Below are positions 18,768 to 28,567 of a DNA stretch of 64,000 bases, one piece after another. The notes beneath the pieces were generated by a model. It searched no databases, was not told the origin of the DNA, and saw nothing but the letters and a program-made list of their open reading frames with translations. The stretch spans positions 4,934 through 68,933 of the forward strand of contig DBAU01000034.1 of NCBI GenBank assembly GCA_002291845.1. The letters are read 5' to 3'. Source of the DNA: Alphaproteobacteria bacterium UBA1002 (GTDB lineage: Bacteria > Pseudomonadota > Alphaproteobacteria > Rickettsiales > UBA998). The first letter of the stretch is position 1. Each line of letters opens with the position of its first letter. A program made the translations under genes and the position numbers.

Positions 18768-19654
18768 GCGCCAAACCGTTTCGTTATGCCTTCATACGCA
18801 TCAATCCGGCGGTCGCGCAGGAACGGCCACCAGCGGCGGGTCTGCTCGCTGGTCGCGGGGTCACAGGTGACTTTCAGCAGCGTTTCGGAATGATCGTCGC
18901 CCTTGGTCATCCAGCGGCCAAACGGGTCAGCAACAAAGGAGTTGCCCCAGAATTCCAGCCCGTCAGTACCCGGCGCTTTTTCAAAGCCAACACGGTTGAT
19001 GGCGGCGACGTACAGCCCGTTGGCGATGGCGTGTGCGCGCTGTGCGGTCTGCCAGGCATCGAGCTGTGCCTCACCGAACTCCGCTTTCTCATACGGGTGC
19101 CAGCCGATGGCGGTGGGATAGAACAGCACCTGTGCACCTTGCAGGGCGGTGAGGCGTGCGCCTTCCGGGTACCATTGATCCCAGCACACCAGCACACCGA
19201 TTTTCGCATGCTTGGTCTGGATGGCCTTGAAGCCGGTATCGCCGGGGGTGAAGTAGTATTTCTCGTAGAACAGCGGGTCATGCGGGATGTGCATCTTGCG
19301 GTAGATGTCCGCGATGCTGCCGTCCGCATCAATGACCACGGCGGTATTATGGTACAGCCCGGGCGCCCGCTTTTCAAACAGCGAGGCCACGATCACCATG
19401 TCATATTTCTTCGCAATCGGTGCAAGTGCCTCCGTCGAAGGGCCGGGGATGGTTTCGGCCAGATCAAAAATATCCGGGTTGTGGGTCTGGCAGAAATATT
19501 CGCTGCGGAACAGTTCGGGCAGGCAGGCAATCTGTACGCCTTGCTTGCCCGCATCCTCCAAAAGGTCGCAGGCATGCTTCAGATTGGCGTCCGGATCGCC
19601 GATGACCATTTTCATCTGGATCAGGCCAATGGTGAACGGTGCAGAGGCAGTCAT
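18764..19654 (-). CDS. aguB: N-carbamoylputrescine amidase (carbon-nitrogen hydrolase family)
   Basis: Nitrilase-fold motifs (CLPELF, VLVCWDQWYPE); it lies immediately upstream of aguA on the - strand, with an ATGA overlap. Confidence 0.9.
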   Translation of the reverse strand: MTASAPFTIGLIQMKMVIGDPDANLKHACDLLEDAGKQGVQIACLPELFRSEYFCQTHNPDIFDLAETIPGPSTEALAPIAKKYDMVIVASLFEKRAPGLYHNTAVVIDADGSIADIYRKMHIPHDPLFYEKYYFTPGDTGFKAIQTKHAKIGVLVCWDQWYPEGARLTALQGAQVLFYPTAIGWHPYEKAEFGEAQLDAWQTAQRAHAIANGLYVAAINRVGFEKAPGTDGLEFWGNSFVADPFGRWMTKGDDHSETLLKVTCDPATSEQTRRWWPFLRDRRIDAYEGITKRFGA

Positions 19655-19731
19655 GATATACCCACATAGGTCAAAAGAGCCGGGAAACTAGCACGTACCC
19701 CTTGAAATGGCAAGGTTTGGCCGGGGTCGTT

Positions 19732-19807
19732 CGTGTCATGGTGAACGTCAGCGAAGCAATCTGATGGCAGATGGATGGCCGCGGCCCTCTGGGCCTCGCA
19801 ATGACGG
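19732..19807. repeat. short palindromic intergenic repeat, copy B
   Basis: AGCGAAGCAATC (19750-19761) and TCGCAATGACGG (19796-19807). The left arm GTCATGGTGAACG faces the right arm CCTCGCAATGAC. Confidence 0.45.
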
Positions 19808-19813
19808 ATTCAG

Positions 19814-20155
19814 CTATTTTCTGAAGACAAACCACGCCCCGGCTATGATCAACGCAAAGCCGACGGCATGGTTCCAGCGCAAGGCTTCGCCGAGGTAAAG
19901 CCACGAAAATAACGCAAAGACGCTAAGGCTGATGACTTCCTGGATGGTTTTCAGCTGGGCGGCATTGAAATAGCCGTAGCCCCAGCGGTTGGCCGGCACT
20001 TGCAGGCAATATTCGAAAAAGGCCAGTCCCCAGCTCGCCGCAATGACAATCCATAGCGGACGCTCCGGGAATTTCAGATGGCCATACCAGGCCAGTGTCA
20101 TGAAGAGATTGGAAGCCACCAGCAGCCCGATGACGAGCCACGGTGTGGCCATCAC
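19814..20155 (-). CDS. small DMT-superfamily membrane protein (DUF486-like)
   Basis: 113 aa with four hydrophobic segments. The N-terminus is MMATPWLVIGLLVASNLFMTLAWYGHLKF. Confidence 0.7.
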   Translation of the reverse strand: MMATPWLVIGLLVASNLFMTLAWYGHLKFPERPLWIVIAASWGLAFFEYCLQVPANRWGYGYFNAAQLKTIQEVISLSVFALFSWLYLGEALRWNHAVGFALIIAGAWFVFRK

Positions 20156-20874
20156 TGCGCCACCCCGGAAGGAACGGAAGGGATCACGGGCGCTGGGGCT
20201 TCAGTGCCTACCAGCGGCTCAACATACGGCTCCACCTGGTGCCAGCCTTCCCAGATCATGGCGAAGGCCACGTAGAGGATGACAAACAGGCCCAGCCACG
20301 CAATCCAGCGATGCTTGCCGAGCAGGCGGGCGATAAAGGTTGCCGCTGCTCCCATCAATACCACGGAGATGGCAAGGCCTGCCACGAGGATGTAGGGATG
20401 CTCGCGCGCGGCGCCGGCCACGGCCAGCACGTTATCAAGGCTCATCGAGACATCCGCGATCAAAATCTGCGTGATGGCCTGCTTCAGGGTTTTCTTCGGC
20501 GCATTTTCCTTATCCGGAATCGCCTCATCCAGCGCCGCGATGCCTGCTTCTTCTTCCACCGCGTGGCCTGCGCGCAGCTCGCGATACATTTTCCAGCAGA
20601 CCCACAAAAGCAGGACGCCCCCGGCCAGTACCAGCCCGACAATCCCCAGCAAATGCGTGGTGATGCTGGCGAAGGCAATGCGCAGAATGGTGGCGGCGGC
20701 AATGCCCCACAGAATGGCTTTTTTGCGTTGCGACGGATCCAGCCCTGCTGCCGCCATGCCGACCACGATGGCATTATCACCCGCCAGCACGATGTCGATG
20801 AACAGGACCTGCCCAAAGGCGATCAATTCCGGCATGTAGGCTTCAAGCATGGCTGACCTTTTTTGCTTCTTCAT
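20152..20874 (-). CDS. TerC/YjbE-family integral membrane protein
   Basis: Two DNA(I/V) motifs are present (LAGDNAIVVG and SLDNVLAV). The start may instead be the ATG at 20850. Confidence 0.8.
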   Translation of the reverse strand: MKKQKRSAMLEAYMPELIAFGQVLFIDIVLAGDNAIVVGMAAAGLDPSQRKKAILWGIAAATILRIAFASITTHLLGIVGLVLAGGVLLLWVCWKMYRELRAGHAVEEEAGIAALDEAIPDKENAPKKTLKQAITQILIADVSMSLDNVLAVAGAAREHPYILVAGLAISVVLMGAAATFIARLLGKHRWIAWLGLFVILYVAFAMIWEGWHQVEPYVEPLVGTEAPAPVIPSVPSGVAQ

Positions 20875-20940
20875 CCCGATAGACGGGATATTTCAGCCTT
20901 GTTATTTCGCACAGATGCGCCGTTTGTCAAAGCGATTCTG

Positions 20941-22920
20941 TTAGACACTTCTCCGGCCTTCGAGCAGCCGAAGGACAATGTCGGGATCAAGCAGGGTCGA
21001 CACGTCGCCCAGCTGGGCGATGTCGTCCGGGCTTTTGACATCCCCGGTGGCGATTTTGCGCAAGATGCGCCGCATGATTTTACCTGAGCGTGTTTTCGGC
21101 AGGCCGGGGGTGAGCTGAATCCGACCCGGTACGGCGAGCGCACCGATTTCTTTGCGTACCCATTGCTTGAGTTCATCCCGAAGGGCGGTCTGAGCTTCGG
21201 ATGTTGAGGCATCCACCGCGGGGCTGAGCATCACATAGGCATAGATGTCCTCGCCCTTGATATCGTGCGGGTAGCCGACCACGGCGGCTTCGCTGACCTT
21301 GGGGTGGGCCACCAGCGCGGATTCCACCTCCGCCGTGCCGATGCGGTGGCCGGAGACATTGATCACGTCATCCATGCGGCCTTTCAGCCAATAATCGCCG
21401 TCTTTATCGCGGGCGGCGGCGTCGCCGGAAAAATAATAGCCAGGGTAGGGGCGGAAATAGGTCTCCACGAAGCGTGCGTGATCGCCCCAGATGGTGCGTG
21501 CCTGCCCTGGCCAGCTTTCCGCGATGCAGAGCGCTCCCTCCGCTTCACCATGCAGGGGCTGGGCAATCACCGTATCCATCAGCACGGGTTTGATGCCGAA
21601 AAACGGCTGGCTGGCCGAGCCGGGCTTCAGCTCGGTCGCGCCGGGGAGCGGCGTAATGAGGTGGCCGCCGGTTTCGGTCTGCCACCAGGTATCCACCACG
21701 CGGCAGCGCCCGCCCCCCACTTGCTCATGGTACCAGCGCCAGACTTCGGGGTTGATCGGCTCGCCCACCGAGCCGAGCACACGCAGGCTGTCGCGGCGGT
21801 TGTGCGCCAGCCAGTCATCGCCCTCATGCATCAACATGCGCAGTGCGGTGGGGGCCGTGTAGAACTGCGTCACCTCATGCTGGTCGATGATCTCCCAGCA
21901 CCTCGCGGGGGTGGGATAGGTCGGCACCCCTTCAAACATCAGCGTGGTGGCACCCATGGCGAGCGGCCCGTAGAGCAGGTAGCTATGGCCCGTGATCCAG
22001 CCGACATCCGCCGTGCACCAATAGACATCGCCGGGGTGGTAATCAAAGACGGAGCGGAACGTTGCCGCGGCATAAAGCAGATAGCCCGCGCTGGTGTGCA
22101 GCAGGCCCTTGGGTTTCCCGGTGGAGCCGGAGGTGTAGAGGATAAACAGCGGGTGCTCAGCGTCAAACGGCTCAGCGGGGCAGTCGGCCTCGGCGTCTTG
22201 TTCCAGCGTATGCCACCAGAGGTCGCGGCCGTCCTGCCATTCGATGGGGCCTCCGGTGCGCTGCACGACGATGACTTTTTCCACCGGCGTACCGTTAAGT
22301 GCGGCATCCGCACTGGCTTTCAGCGGGATACGCTTGCCGCCGCGTACGCCTTCATCGGCGGTGATAAGGATACGCGAGCGGCCATCCGTCAGCCGTCCGC
22401 GCAGGGCCTCCGGCGAAAAGCCGCCGAACACCACGGAATGCACCGCCCCAATGCGTGCGCAGGCCAGCATGGCAATGGCCGCCTCGGGGATCATCGGCAG
22501 GTAGAGCGTCACGGTATCGCCCGGTTTCACGCCAAGGCTTTTCAACATATTCGCGGCGCGGCAGACCCGGGCATGTAGCTCGCGGTAGGTGATGCGCTGG
22601 GCCGCTTCCCCCGGTTCGTCCGGCTCCCAGAGGAGGGCGGTCTGGTAGCCGCGCTCCTCCAGATGGCGGTCGAGGCAATTGGCGGCGACATTCAGTTTGC
22701 CGCCCTCAAACCAGCGGATATGTACATCTTCCGGCGCGAAGGAGCAGTCTTTCACCCGGTGCCAGAGATGATCCCACTGCAGCAGCGCCTGCGCCTGATC
22801 GGCCCAGAACGCTTCGGGATCCTGGAGGGATTGCGCGTAAAGACGCGCATAGGCCGCGGCATCGATATGGGCGCGGGCGGCGACTTCCGCAGGCACGGCG
22901 TAGCGTGTGGAGTGGCTCAT
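20941..22920 (-). CDS. acs: acetyl-CoA synthetase
   Basis: 659 aa with the AMP-binding motif [11 protein letters not shown] and the C-terminal [11 protein letters not shown]. Confidence 0.95.
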   Translation of the reverse strand: MSHSTRYAVPAEVAARAHIDAAAYARLYAQSLQDPEAFWADQAQALLQWDHLWHRVKDCSFAPEDVHIRWFEGGKLNVAANCLDRHLEERGYQTALLWEPDEPGEAAQRITYRELHARVCRAANMLKSLGVKPGDTVTLYLPMIPEAAIAMLACARIGAVHSVVFGGFSPEALRGRLTDGRSRILITADEGVRGGKRIPLKASADAALNGTPVEKVIVVQRTGGPIEWQDGRDLWWHTLEQDAEADCPAEPFDAEHPLFILYTSGSTGKPKGLLHTSAGYLLYAAATFRSVFDYHPGDVYWCTADVGWITGHSYLLYGPLAMGATTLMFEGVPTYPTPARCWEIIDQHEVTQFYTAPTALRMLMHEGDDWLAHNRRDSLRVLGSVGEPINPEVWRWYHEQVGGGRCRVVDTWWQTETGGHLITPLPGATELKPGSASQPFFGIKPVLMDTVIAQPLHGEAEGALCIAESWPGQARTIWGDHARFVETYFRPYPGYYFSGDAAARDKDGDYWLKGRMDDVINVSGHRIGTAEVESALVAHPKVSEAAVVGYPHDIKGEDIYAYVMLSPAVDASTSEAQTALRDELKQWVRKEIGALAVPGRIQLTPGLPKTRSGKIMRRILRKIATGDVKSPDDIAQLGDVSTLLDPDIVLRLLEGRRSV

Positions 22921-23029
22921 ACGGAAGAGGGAAGCATAAACGGTTCAAGCAAACAACAGAATAATGCGGCCTATACATACCTATGATTGTAGCATTTACC
23001 CACGAAGCAACCTGCGCTATGGTCTTGGG

Positions 23030-23614
23030 ATGTGTGGATACCCAGTGTCGTGGACAGTGTGCTTCCGGTGGATGCTATGCGCCGTGTCGTTTGGCATGGC
23101 TGTGCCGGTTGAGGCGGAACCCGCTCCGGAAGCCTTGAAAGCACGGCTTGAGGGTCCTTTACGTGTGTTGGCATCTTCGTTACCAGTGGTCATTACGGCA
23201 CGGGCACAAAATCACATGCACGAAGGCATTACCGCCGAGGAGATTCGGCGGCTCGATGCGCGTTGGCGCGACGGCGATCGTAGCTTAATCGATCCGGTGA
23301 TGGGAAATGATCTCTCCGCATACCTTACCCATTACGCGGCTCAAAGCAACGGCGCGTACCCTGAAATTTTTGTTATTGATCAGCATGGGCTGAATATTGG
23401 ACAATCTGCAGTAACATCCGATTACTGGCAGGGCGATGAAGATGTTTTTACGCATGCAATGGCAGGAGAAGTGCATGTTTCCGCCGTGGCCTATGACGAA
23501 TCCGCCCGCACCGAACTGATTAAGGTTTCGCTGCCCGTGCGTGAAGAGGACGGCACCATCATCGGCGTACTGGTGGTCGGGGGCTCCGCTGCCCAGGCGA
23601 ATACGTCGCCGTAA
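23030..23614 (+). CDS. secreted protein with a Cache/PDC-like sensor fold, no output domain
   Basis: Hydrophobic N-terminus (MLCAVSFGMAVPVEA). The segment YPEIFVIDQHGLNIGQS...YWQGDE...VSAVAYDES...IKVSLPV is reminiscent of periplasmic PDC domains. The functional call is weak. Confidence 0.4.
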   Translation: MCGYPVSWTVCFRWMLCAVSFGMAVPVEAEPAPEALKARLEGPLRVLASSLPVVITARAQNHMHEGITAEEIRRLDARWRDGDRSLIDPVMGNDLSAYLTHYAAQSNGAYPEIFVIDQHGLNIGQSAVTSDYWQGDEDVFTHAMAGEVHVSAVAYDESARTELIKVSLPVREEDGTIIGVLVVGGSAAQANTSP

Positions 23615-23678
23615 GCGCCAAATCCGCTTGCCCCACCGCGGGGCTTATGCTTGATTACCCTTCCTTTAGACAGCGTTT

Positions 23679-24566
23679 TTGGCGGAGCATGGCATGGCAC
23701 TGATTCCTTTTGACGACCGCGATGGGTTCATCTGGTACGACGGTACGCTCGTGCCCTGGCGTGATGCTAAGCTGCATGTGCTGTCGCACGGCCTGCATTA
23801 CGGCAGCTCCATTTTTGAAGGCGTGCGCGTTTACAACGGCAAGATTTTCAAAAACACTGAGCATAACGAGCGTTTTCATCGCTCCGCCAAACTGCTCGAT
23901 TTCACCATTCCTTACAGCGTTGCCGAGCTGGATAAAGCCTGCGAGGACGCGGTGAAGGCGAACAACATCGTCAACGGCTATCTGCGCCCGGTGGCGTGGC
24001 GCGGCAGTGAAATGATGGCGATTGCCGCCCAGCAGACCACCATCCATGTCGCCATCGCGACGTGGGAGATGCCGGGCTATTTCTCGCCGGAAGCGCGGGA
24101 GAAAGGCCTCAAACTCACCGTTTCTCAATGGCGCCGCCCGGCCCCGGATATGGCCCCGTCTGCCAGCAAGGCGGCCGGTTTGTACATGATCTGCACCATG
24201 TCCAAACATGCGGCGGAGCGTGCCGGCTTCCACGATGCGCTGATGCATGATTACCGCGGCCTGCTGGCTGAAGCCACCGGAGCTAACCTGTTCCTCGTCA
24301 TGAATGGCGAGCTGCACACCCCGACGCCGGACTGCTTCCTCGATGGCATCACCCGCCGCACAGTGATGCAGCTGGCGCGTGACATGGGCATCACCGTGGT
24401 GGAGCGCCATATCAAACCGGAGGAGCTGAGCAACGCGCAGGAAGTTTTCCTCACCGGCACCGCCGCGGAGATTACGCCGGTCGGCTCCATTGACGCGCTG
24501 AGCTTCGGCGTCGGCCCCATCACCAAACAGCTGATGCAGGCCTACGGCGAGCTGGTCCGGCGCTAG
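23679..24566 (+). CDS. ilvE: branched-chain amino acid aminotransferase
   Basis: Fold-type IV PLP enzyme pattern: HVLSHGLHYGSSIFEGVRVY ... NLFLV ... FLTGTAAEITPV. Confidence 0.9.
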   Translation: MAEHGMALIPFDDRDGFIWYDGTLVPWRDAKLHVLSHGLHYGSSIFEGVRVYNGKIFKNTEHNERFHRSAKLLDFTIPYSVAELDKACEDAVKANNIVNGYLRPVAWRGSEMMAIAAQQTTIHVAIATWEMPGYFSPEAREKGLKLTVSQWRRPAPDMAPSASKAAGLYMICTMSKHAAERAGFHDALMHDYRGLLAEATGANLFLVMNGELHTPTPDCFLDGITRRTVMQLARDMGITVVERHIKPEELSNAQEVFLTGTAAEITPVGSIDALSFGVGPITKQLMQAYGELVRR

Positions 24567-24569
24567 TCC

Positions 24570-25382
24570 ATGGCCTTTACCGCGGCCTTACTGAGCTTCC
24601 CCGCCATCGATCCGGTGGCGCTTGCGATTGGGCCACTGGTGATCCGCTGGTATTCGCTGGCCTACATCGCAGGCATTCTGCTTGGCTGGTATTATGTGCG
24701 TTGGCTGGATCGTCGTGTGGCCCCCGCCGCAGTACTGCGCGAAGCACAATATGAGGATCTGGTCACCTGGGCCATCGCGGGGGTGATTCTTGGCGGGCGG
24801 CTGGGGTATGTGCTGTTTTACCAGCCGGCCTATTACCTTGCCCATCCGGCGCATATTTTGCAGCTCTGGGAGGGCGGGATGTCCTTCCATGGCGGCGCGC
24901 TGGGCGTGATTCTTGCGTTCTTCCTCTATGCCCGTAAGCATCAGGTGGCCTATGTGGCGCTGATGGACCGCATCTGCTGCGCGGTGCCGATCGGCCTGTT
25001 TTTCGGACGGCTGGCTAACTTTGTGAACGGCGAGCTGTTTGGCCGCGTGACGGACCATGCCTGGGGCATGGTGTTTCCGCAAGGCGGGCCGCTGCCGCGC
25101 CATCCGAGCCAGCTTTATGAGGCAGCGCTGGAGGGCGCGCTCTTGTGGGCGGTGCTCTATGTCGTCGCGCGGCGCGGCGGTCTGGCCCGCACCGGCCTGT
25201 GCTCGGGGCTGTTCCTGTTCGGCTATGGGCTGGCCCGCTTTAGTGTGGAGTTCGTCCGCGAGCCGGATGCGTATCTCGGCACCATCATCAGTTTTCTGAC
25301 CATGGGCCAGCTGCTTTGCCTGCCCATGCTGCTGGTCGGTGGTTATCTGATGGCGCGTGCGGTTGCGCGCCCGGTTCGCTAG
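24570..25382 (+). CDS. lgt: prolipoprotein diacylglyceryl transferase
   Basis: IRWYSLAYIAGIL, GGRLGYVLFY, MSFHGGALG and RHPSQLYEA motifs. Confidence 0.95.
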   Translation: MAFTAALLSFPAIDPVALAIGPLVIRWYSLAYIAGILLGWYYVRWLDRRVAPAAVLREAQYEDLVTWAIAGVILGGRLGYVLFYQPAYYLAHPAHILQLWEGGMSFHGGALGVILAFFLYARKHQVAYVALMDRICCAVPIGLFFGRLANFVNGELFGRVTDHAWGMVFPQGGPLPRHPSQLYEAALEGALLWAVLYVVARRGGLARTGLCSGLFLFGYGLARFSVEFVREPDAYLGTIISFLTMGQLLCLPMLLVGGYLMARAVARPVR

Positions 25383-25546
25383 AGCGCTTTTTCCATCCGC
25401 ACGAAGGGAATGTCGATGCCCTCCGGCGTGGCTTGCACGAATGGCTCCTTCGCCACGTACCCGGCACTGCGGTAGAAAGCGACGCCGGGCAGGGTTGCTA
25501 TCATCTCACAGTGGGCGTATCTGGGTGCCACATTGTCCTTGCTCAT
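25379..25546 (-). pseudogene. probable relic of a GNAT acetyltransferase (C-terminal ~55 codons only)
   Basis: The C-terminal end of ORF 25379..26557 reads ...MIATLPGVAFYRSAGYVAKEPFVQATPEGIDIPFVRMEKAL, which resembles a GNAT motif B plus C-terminus. Upstream of this the frame is antisense to the methyltransferase gene. Confidence 0.4.
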
Positions 25547-25573
25547 CAAAAATCGACTGCTACACCAGTATCT

Positions 25574-26644
25574 ATGACGGCATTGCTGGAGATCATCAAG
25601 ACGCGCATCCGCGACCACGGCCCGCTCACAGTGGCGGAGTATATGGAGCTGGCGCTCGCCCACCCGGAGCATGGCTATTACATGCACCGCGATCCGCTGG
25701 GCGCGGAGGGTGATTTCACCACCTCGCCGGAGATCAGCCAGATGTTCGGCGAGCTGATCGGCGCTTGGACGGCGGCGTATTGGCAGATGTCCGGCGGTGG
25801 GGACCTGGCGATTGTCGAGCTGGGGCCGGGCCGCGGGACGCTGATGCGCGATCTGCTGCGCGCCACCGCGCATGTGCCGGGCTTTCATGAGTCGCTGCTG
25901 GTGCTTCTGGTGGAAACCAGCCCGCAGCTCAAACGCATGCAGCGCGCCTTGCTCACGGGCAAGCATTCGCGGATTGCATGGTTGCCGGATCTGACCCAGC
26001 TGCCGGAGGTGCGCACGGTCTTTATCGCCAATGAATTTTTTGATGCCCTGCCCATTCGCCAGTTTGTCAAAACGCCGGAAGGATTGAAAGAACGGCTGGT
26101 GGATATTGATACTGACACGGGTGAGCTGCATTTTACGCTGCAGGAGATGGGCATCCGGCTGGTCAAAGGTGGCACCCATTACGGGGATCGGGAAATCGTC
26201 GAATCCTGCCCCTTGGCACGTACGGTGGCCACGCAGATGGCAGCACACATGCGCGCTTTTTCCGGTGCCGCATTGATGATCGACTATGGTTACACAGGCG
26301 GTAGCCGGGGCAATACGTTGCAGGCCGTGCGAAAACACGCATTTTTCCCTGTATTGAAAGATCCCGGTACGGCTGATCTGACCGCGCATGTCGACTTTGA
26401 CATGCTGGCGCAGGTGTTTGAAGAAGCCAGACTTGATGTGCAGGGACCGGTAACGCAGGGCGAGTTCCTGCTGCGCCTGGGTGCCAAGCTGCGCGCGGAA
26501 GCGCTGCTTGAGCGTGCCAACGCCGCCCAGCGCGAGACCATCATCAGCGGCCTGCACCGCCTGACCGCACCGAGCGAAATGGGCGAGCTCTTCAAGGTGC
26601 TCGGCGTATGCGATGACCCGCGTTTGTCACTGGCGGGATTTTAA
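25574..26644 (+). CDS. class I SAM-dependent methyltransferase, MidA/NDUFAF7 family
   Basis: Start at the ATG at 25574. MTALLEIIKTRIRDHGPLTVAEYMELAL...GDFTTSPEISQMFGELIG...IVELGPGRGTLM. Confidence 0.8.
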   Translation: MTALLEIIKTRIRDHGPLTVAEYMELALAHPEHGYYMHRDPLGAEGDFTTSPEISQMFGELIGAWTAAYWQMSGGGDLAIVELGPGRGTLMRDLLRATAHVPGFHESLLVLLVETSPQLKRMQRALLTGKHSRIAWLPDLTQLPEVRTVFIANEFFDALPIRQFVKTPEGLKERLVDIDTDTGELHFTLQEMGIRLVKGGTHYGDREIVESCPLARTVATQMAAHMRAFSGAALMIDYGYTGGSRGNTLQAVRKHAFFPVLKDPGTADLTAHVDFDMLAQVFEEARLDVQGPVTQGEFLLRLGAKLRAEALLERANAAQRETIISGLHRLTAPSEMGELFKVLGVCDDPRLSLAGF

Positions 26645-26653
26645 GGGGAGGCG

Positions 26654-27436
26654 GTGATGCAGGTAGTGTACCGGACGGCTGAAACACTGGCGCACTTAAC
26701 CGGCATCCGCCATGCCTTCTTTACCCGTGAAGGCGGCGTGAGCGAGGGGCTCTATGCCTCGCTGAACGCGGGCCCCGGTTCGCAGGATGATCCGGCGCAT
26801 GTCGCGGAAAACCGCGCCCGTGCCGCCCGTGCGATCGGCGCGGCACCGGAGCGGCTCTGTACGCTGTATCAGGTCCATGGCGCGGAGGTGGTGACGGTGG
26901 ATGCGCCCTGGGCGGCCGAGGCACGCCCGCAGGCGGATGCGATGGTCACCAACCGCCCCGGCCTGATGCTCGGCATCCTCACGGCCGATTGCGTACCGGT
27001 GCTGCTGTGCGATCCCAAGGCGCGGGTGATTGGCGCGGCGCATGCCGGGTGGAAAGGTGCGTTTGCGGGGGTGACGGCCGCCACGGTTACCGCGATGGAG
27101 CGGCTGGGTGCGCACCGCGACCGGCTGATTGCCGCCATCGGCCCGGCCATCGGCTGGCGCAGCTATGAAGTGGATGAGGCGTTTCTGCGCCGCTTCCTGG
27201 ATGCCGATGATGCCAACGCGCAGTTCTTTCGTGAGGCAGCGGCGACGCGCAAATATCTGTTTAACGTGAAAGGCTATGTGGCGCAGCGCCTGGCCGATGC
27301 CGGGGTGCATCACACGCAGATTTTGGGCGATGATACCTACGCGCTGGAGGCGCAGTATTTCAGTTTCCGCCGCACCACCCACCGCCAGGAGGCGGATTAT
27401 GGCCGCCAGCTCTCGGCCATTGTGCTGACCGAGTAA
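26654..27436 (+). CDS. pgeF: peptidoglycan editing factor PgeF (YfiH/laccase-domain family)
   Basis: RHAFFTREGGVS, TADCVPVL and HAGWKG motifs. Confidence 0.85.
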   Translation: MMQVVYRTAETLAHLTGIRHAFFTREGGVSEGLYASLNAGPGSQDDPAHVAENRARAARAIGAAPERLCTLYQVHGAEVVTVDAPWAAEARPQADAMVTNRPGLMLGILTADCVPVLLCDPKARVIGAAHAGWKGAFAGVTAATVTAMERLGAHRDRLIAAIGPAIGWRSYEVDEAFLRRFLDADDANAQFFREAAATRKYLFNVKGYVAQRLADAGVHHTQILGDDTYALEAQYFSFRRTTHRQEADYGRQLSAIVLTE

Positions 27437-27442
27437 TCCTTC

Positions 27443-28567
27443 CTAGCCATCTTCCAGATGCAGGAGCATCGCGGTGCCGATCATCAGCGCCAGCGCCGGG
27501 GGTGCCCACGCCGCCAGCATCACCGGCAGGCTGCCGGAAATCCCGAAGGCATGAAACAGGCTGGTGAAGAAATTGATGATGAATCCGGCAAGAATGCCGC
27601 CGACCATCATCAGCCCGATGCGCCCCCGCCGATGCAGCCGCAGCGAGAAAACAGCGGCAATCAGCACCATCGCCGCCAGCATGAACGGCGTGGCGAGGAT
27701 GCTATGCCAGTTCAGCTTGTGACGCAGCGCGGAGAAGCCTGCCTTTTCCAGCGTGTGGATGAAGCTGGAGAGTTGCCAGAAGGACAGCGTGGAGGGATCG
27801 GCGAAGCTGTCCTGAATATGACGGATGTCGAGATCCGTCTCCAGCTGGTAGCTGGGGAGTGATTGCGGCACCATCCCCGGCATGGATACGTGCGCCTCTT
27901 CCAGCTGCCAGTAGCCTTCGCGCAGATTGGCCAGCTCAGCATCAATACGGCCAATGAAGTTGCCCTTGTCACTGTAGCCGAAGATCGTGACCTCATGCAG
28001 CGTCATATCAGACTGGCTGATGCGGGCAGCACGCAGGATGTATTCACGGATGGGCTTATCAAAAATCATCGCTTGCCCGCTGGTTTCCACCTGGCGTACC
28101 CATAATCCGGAATCGGAAATAGAAAATAAGCTGGCATTGCCGCGGATATAGCGATTCTCCAGCACATCGTAGCGCGAGATGGTCGCTGCTTTGATGGGAT
28201 TAAAGACAATGATCCACAGCACGCCAAGCGCTAAACCACAGATTACTGCGGGGAGCAGAAACTGCCACACGGAGACCCCTCCGGCGCGTGCCACAATCAA
28301 CTCTTGCGTGCGGGTAAGACGAGTAAGCGCGATCAGTGCGCCAATCAGCGTGCCGTAAGGTAGAATTTGCTCCGCCATGTAAGGAAGACGTAGCAGCGCC
28401 ATTTCAATGACAACGCCCCCAGGGACGTTAGGACGCTCCGCCGTGCGGCGGAAAAGTTCGATAAGGTCGATCAGGCCGGCAATCACCAATACGGCCCCCA
28501 GCGCGATGGCAGCCGCAATGAGGAACTGGCGGCCAATATAACGTGAGAGAGTGAAAGAGAGGTACAT
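27443..28567 (-). CDS. lptG: LPS export ABC permease LptG
   Basis: YjgP/YjgQ-type permease. The ATG at 28567 overlaps the lptF stop (TGATG). Confidence 0.85.
   Translation of the reverse strand: MYLSFTLSRYIGRQFLIAAAIALGAVLVIAGLIDLIELFRRTAERPNVPGGVVIEMALLRLPYMAEQILPYGTLIGALIALTRLTRTQELIVARAGGVSVWQFLLPAVICGLALGVLWIIVFNPIKAATISRYDVLENRYIRGNASLFSISDSGLWVRQVETSGQAMIFDKPIREYILRAARISQSDMTLHEVTIFGYSDKGNFIGRIDAELANLREGYWQLEEAHVSMPGMVPQSLPSYQLETDLDIRHIQDSFADPSTLSFWQLSSFIHTLEKAGFSALRHKLNWHSILATPFMLAAMVLIAAVFSLRLHRRGRIGLMMVGGILAGFIINFFTSLFHAFGISGSLPVMLAAWAPPALALMIGTAMLLHLEDG

Noticed and set aside
19655-19813. tRNA or small RNA gene in the 159-nt spacer
   Set aside because: There is no T-loop (GGTTCGAATCC-like) or cloverleaf. 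The spacer is explained by repeat copy B.
20875-20940. yybP-ykoY manganese riboswitch upstream of the TerC-family gene
   Set aside because: The spacer is only ~65-90 nt and shows no recognisable conserved core.
21265-22578. 437-aa ORF on the + strand
   Set aside because: It is fully antisense to acs. Its Arg/Gly/Ala-rich composition is typical of shadow ORFs in GC-rich genes.
25547-26557. Upstream ~335 codons of the 392-aa minus-strand ORF
   Set aside because: It is antisense to the well-supported MidA-like methyltransferase. Only the last ~55 codons, which lie in the spacer, look like a real protein remnant.
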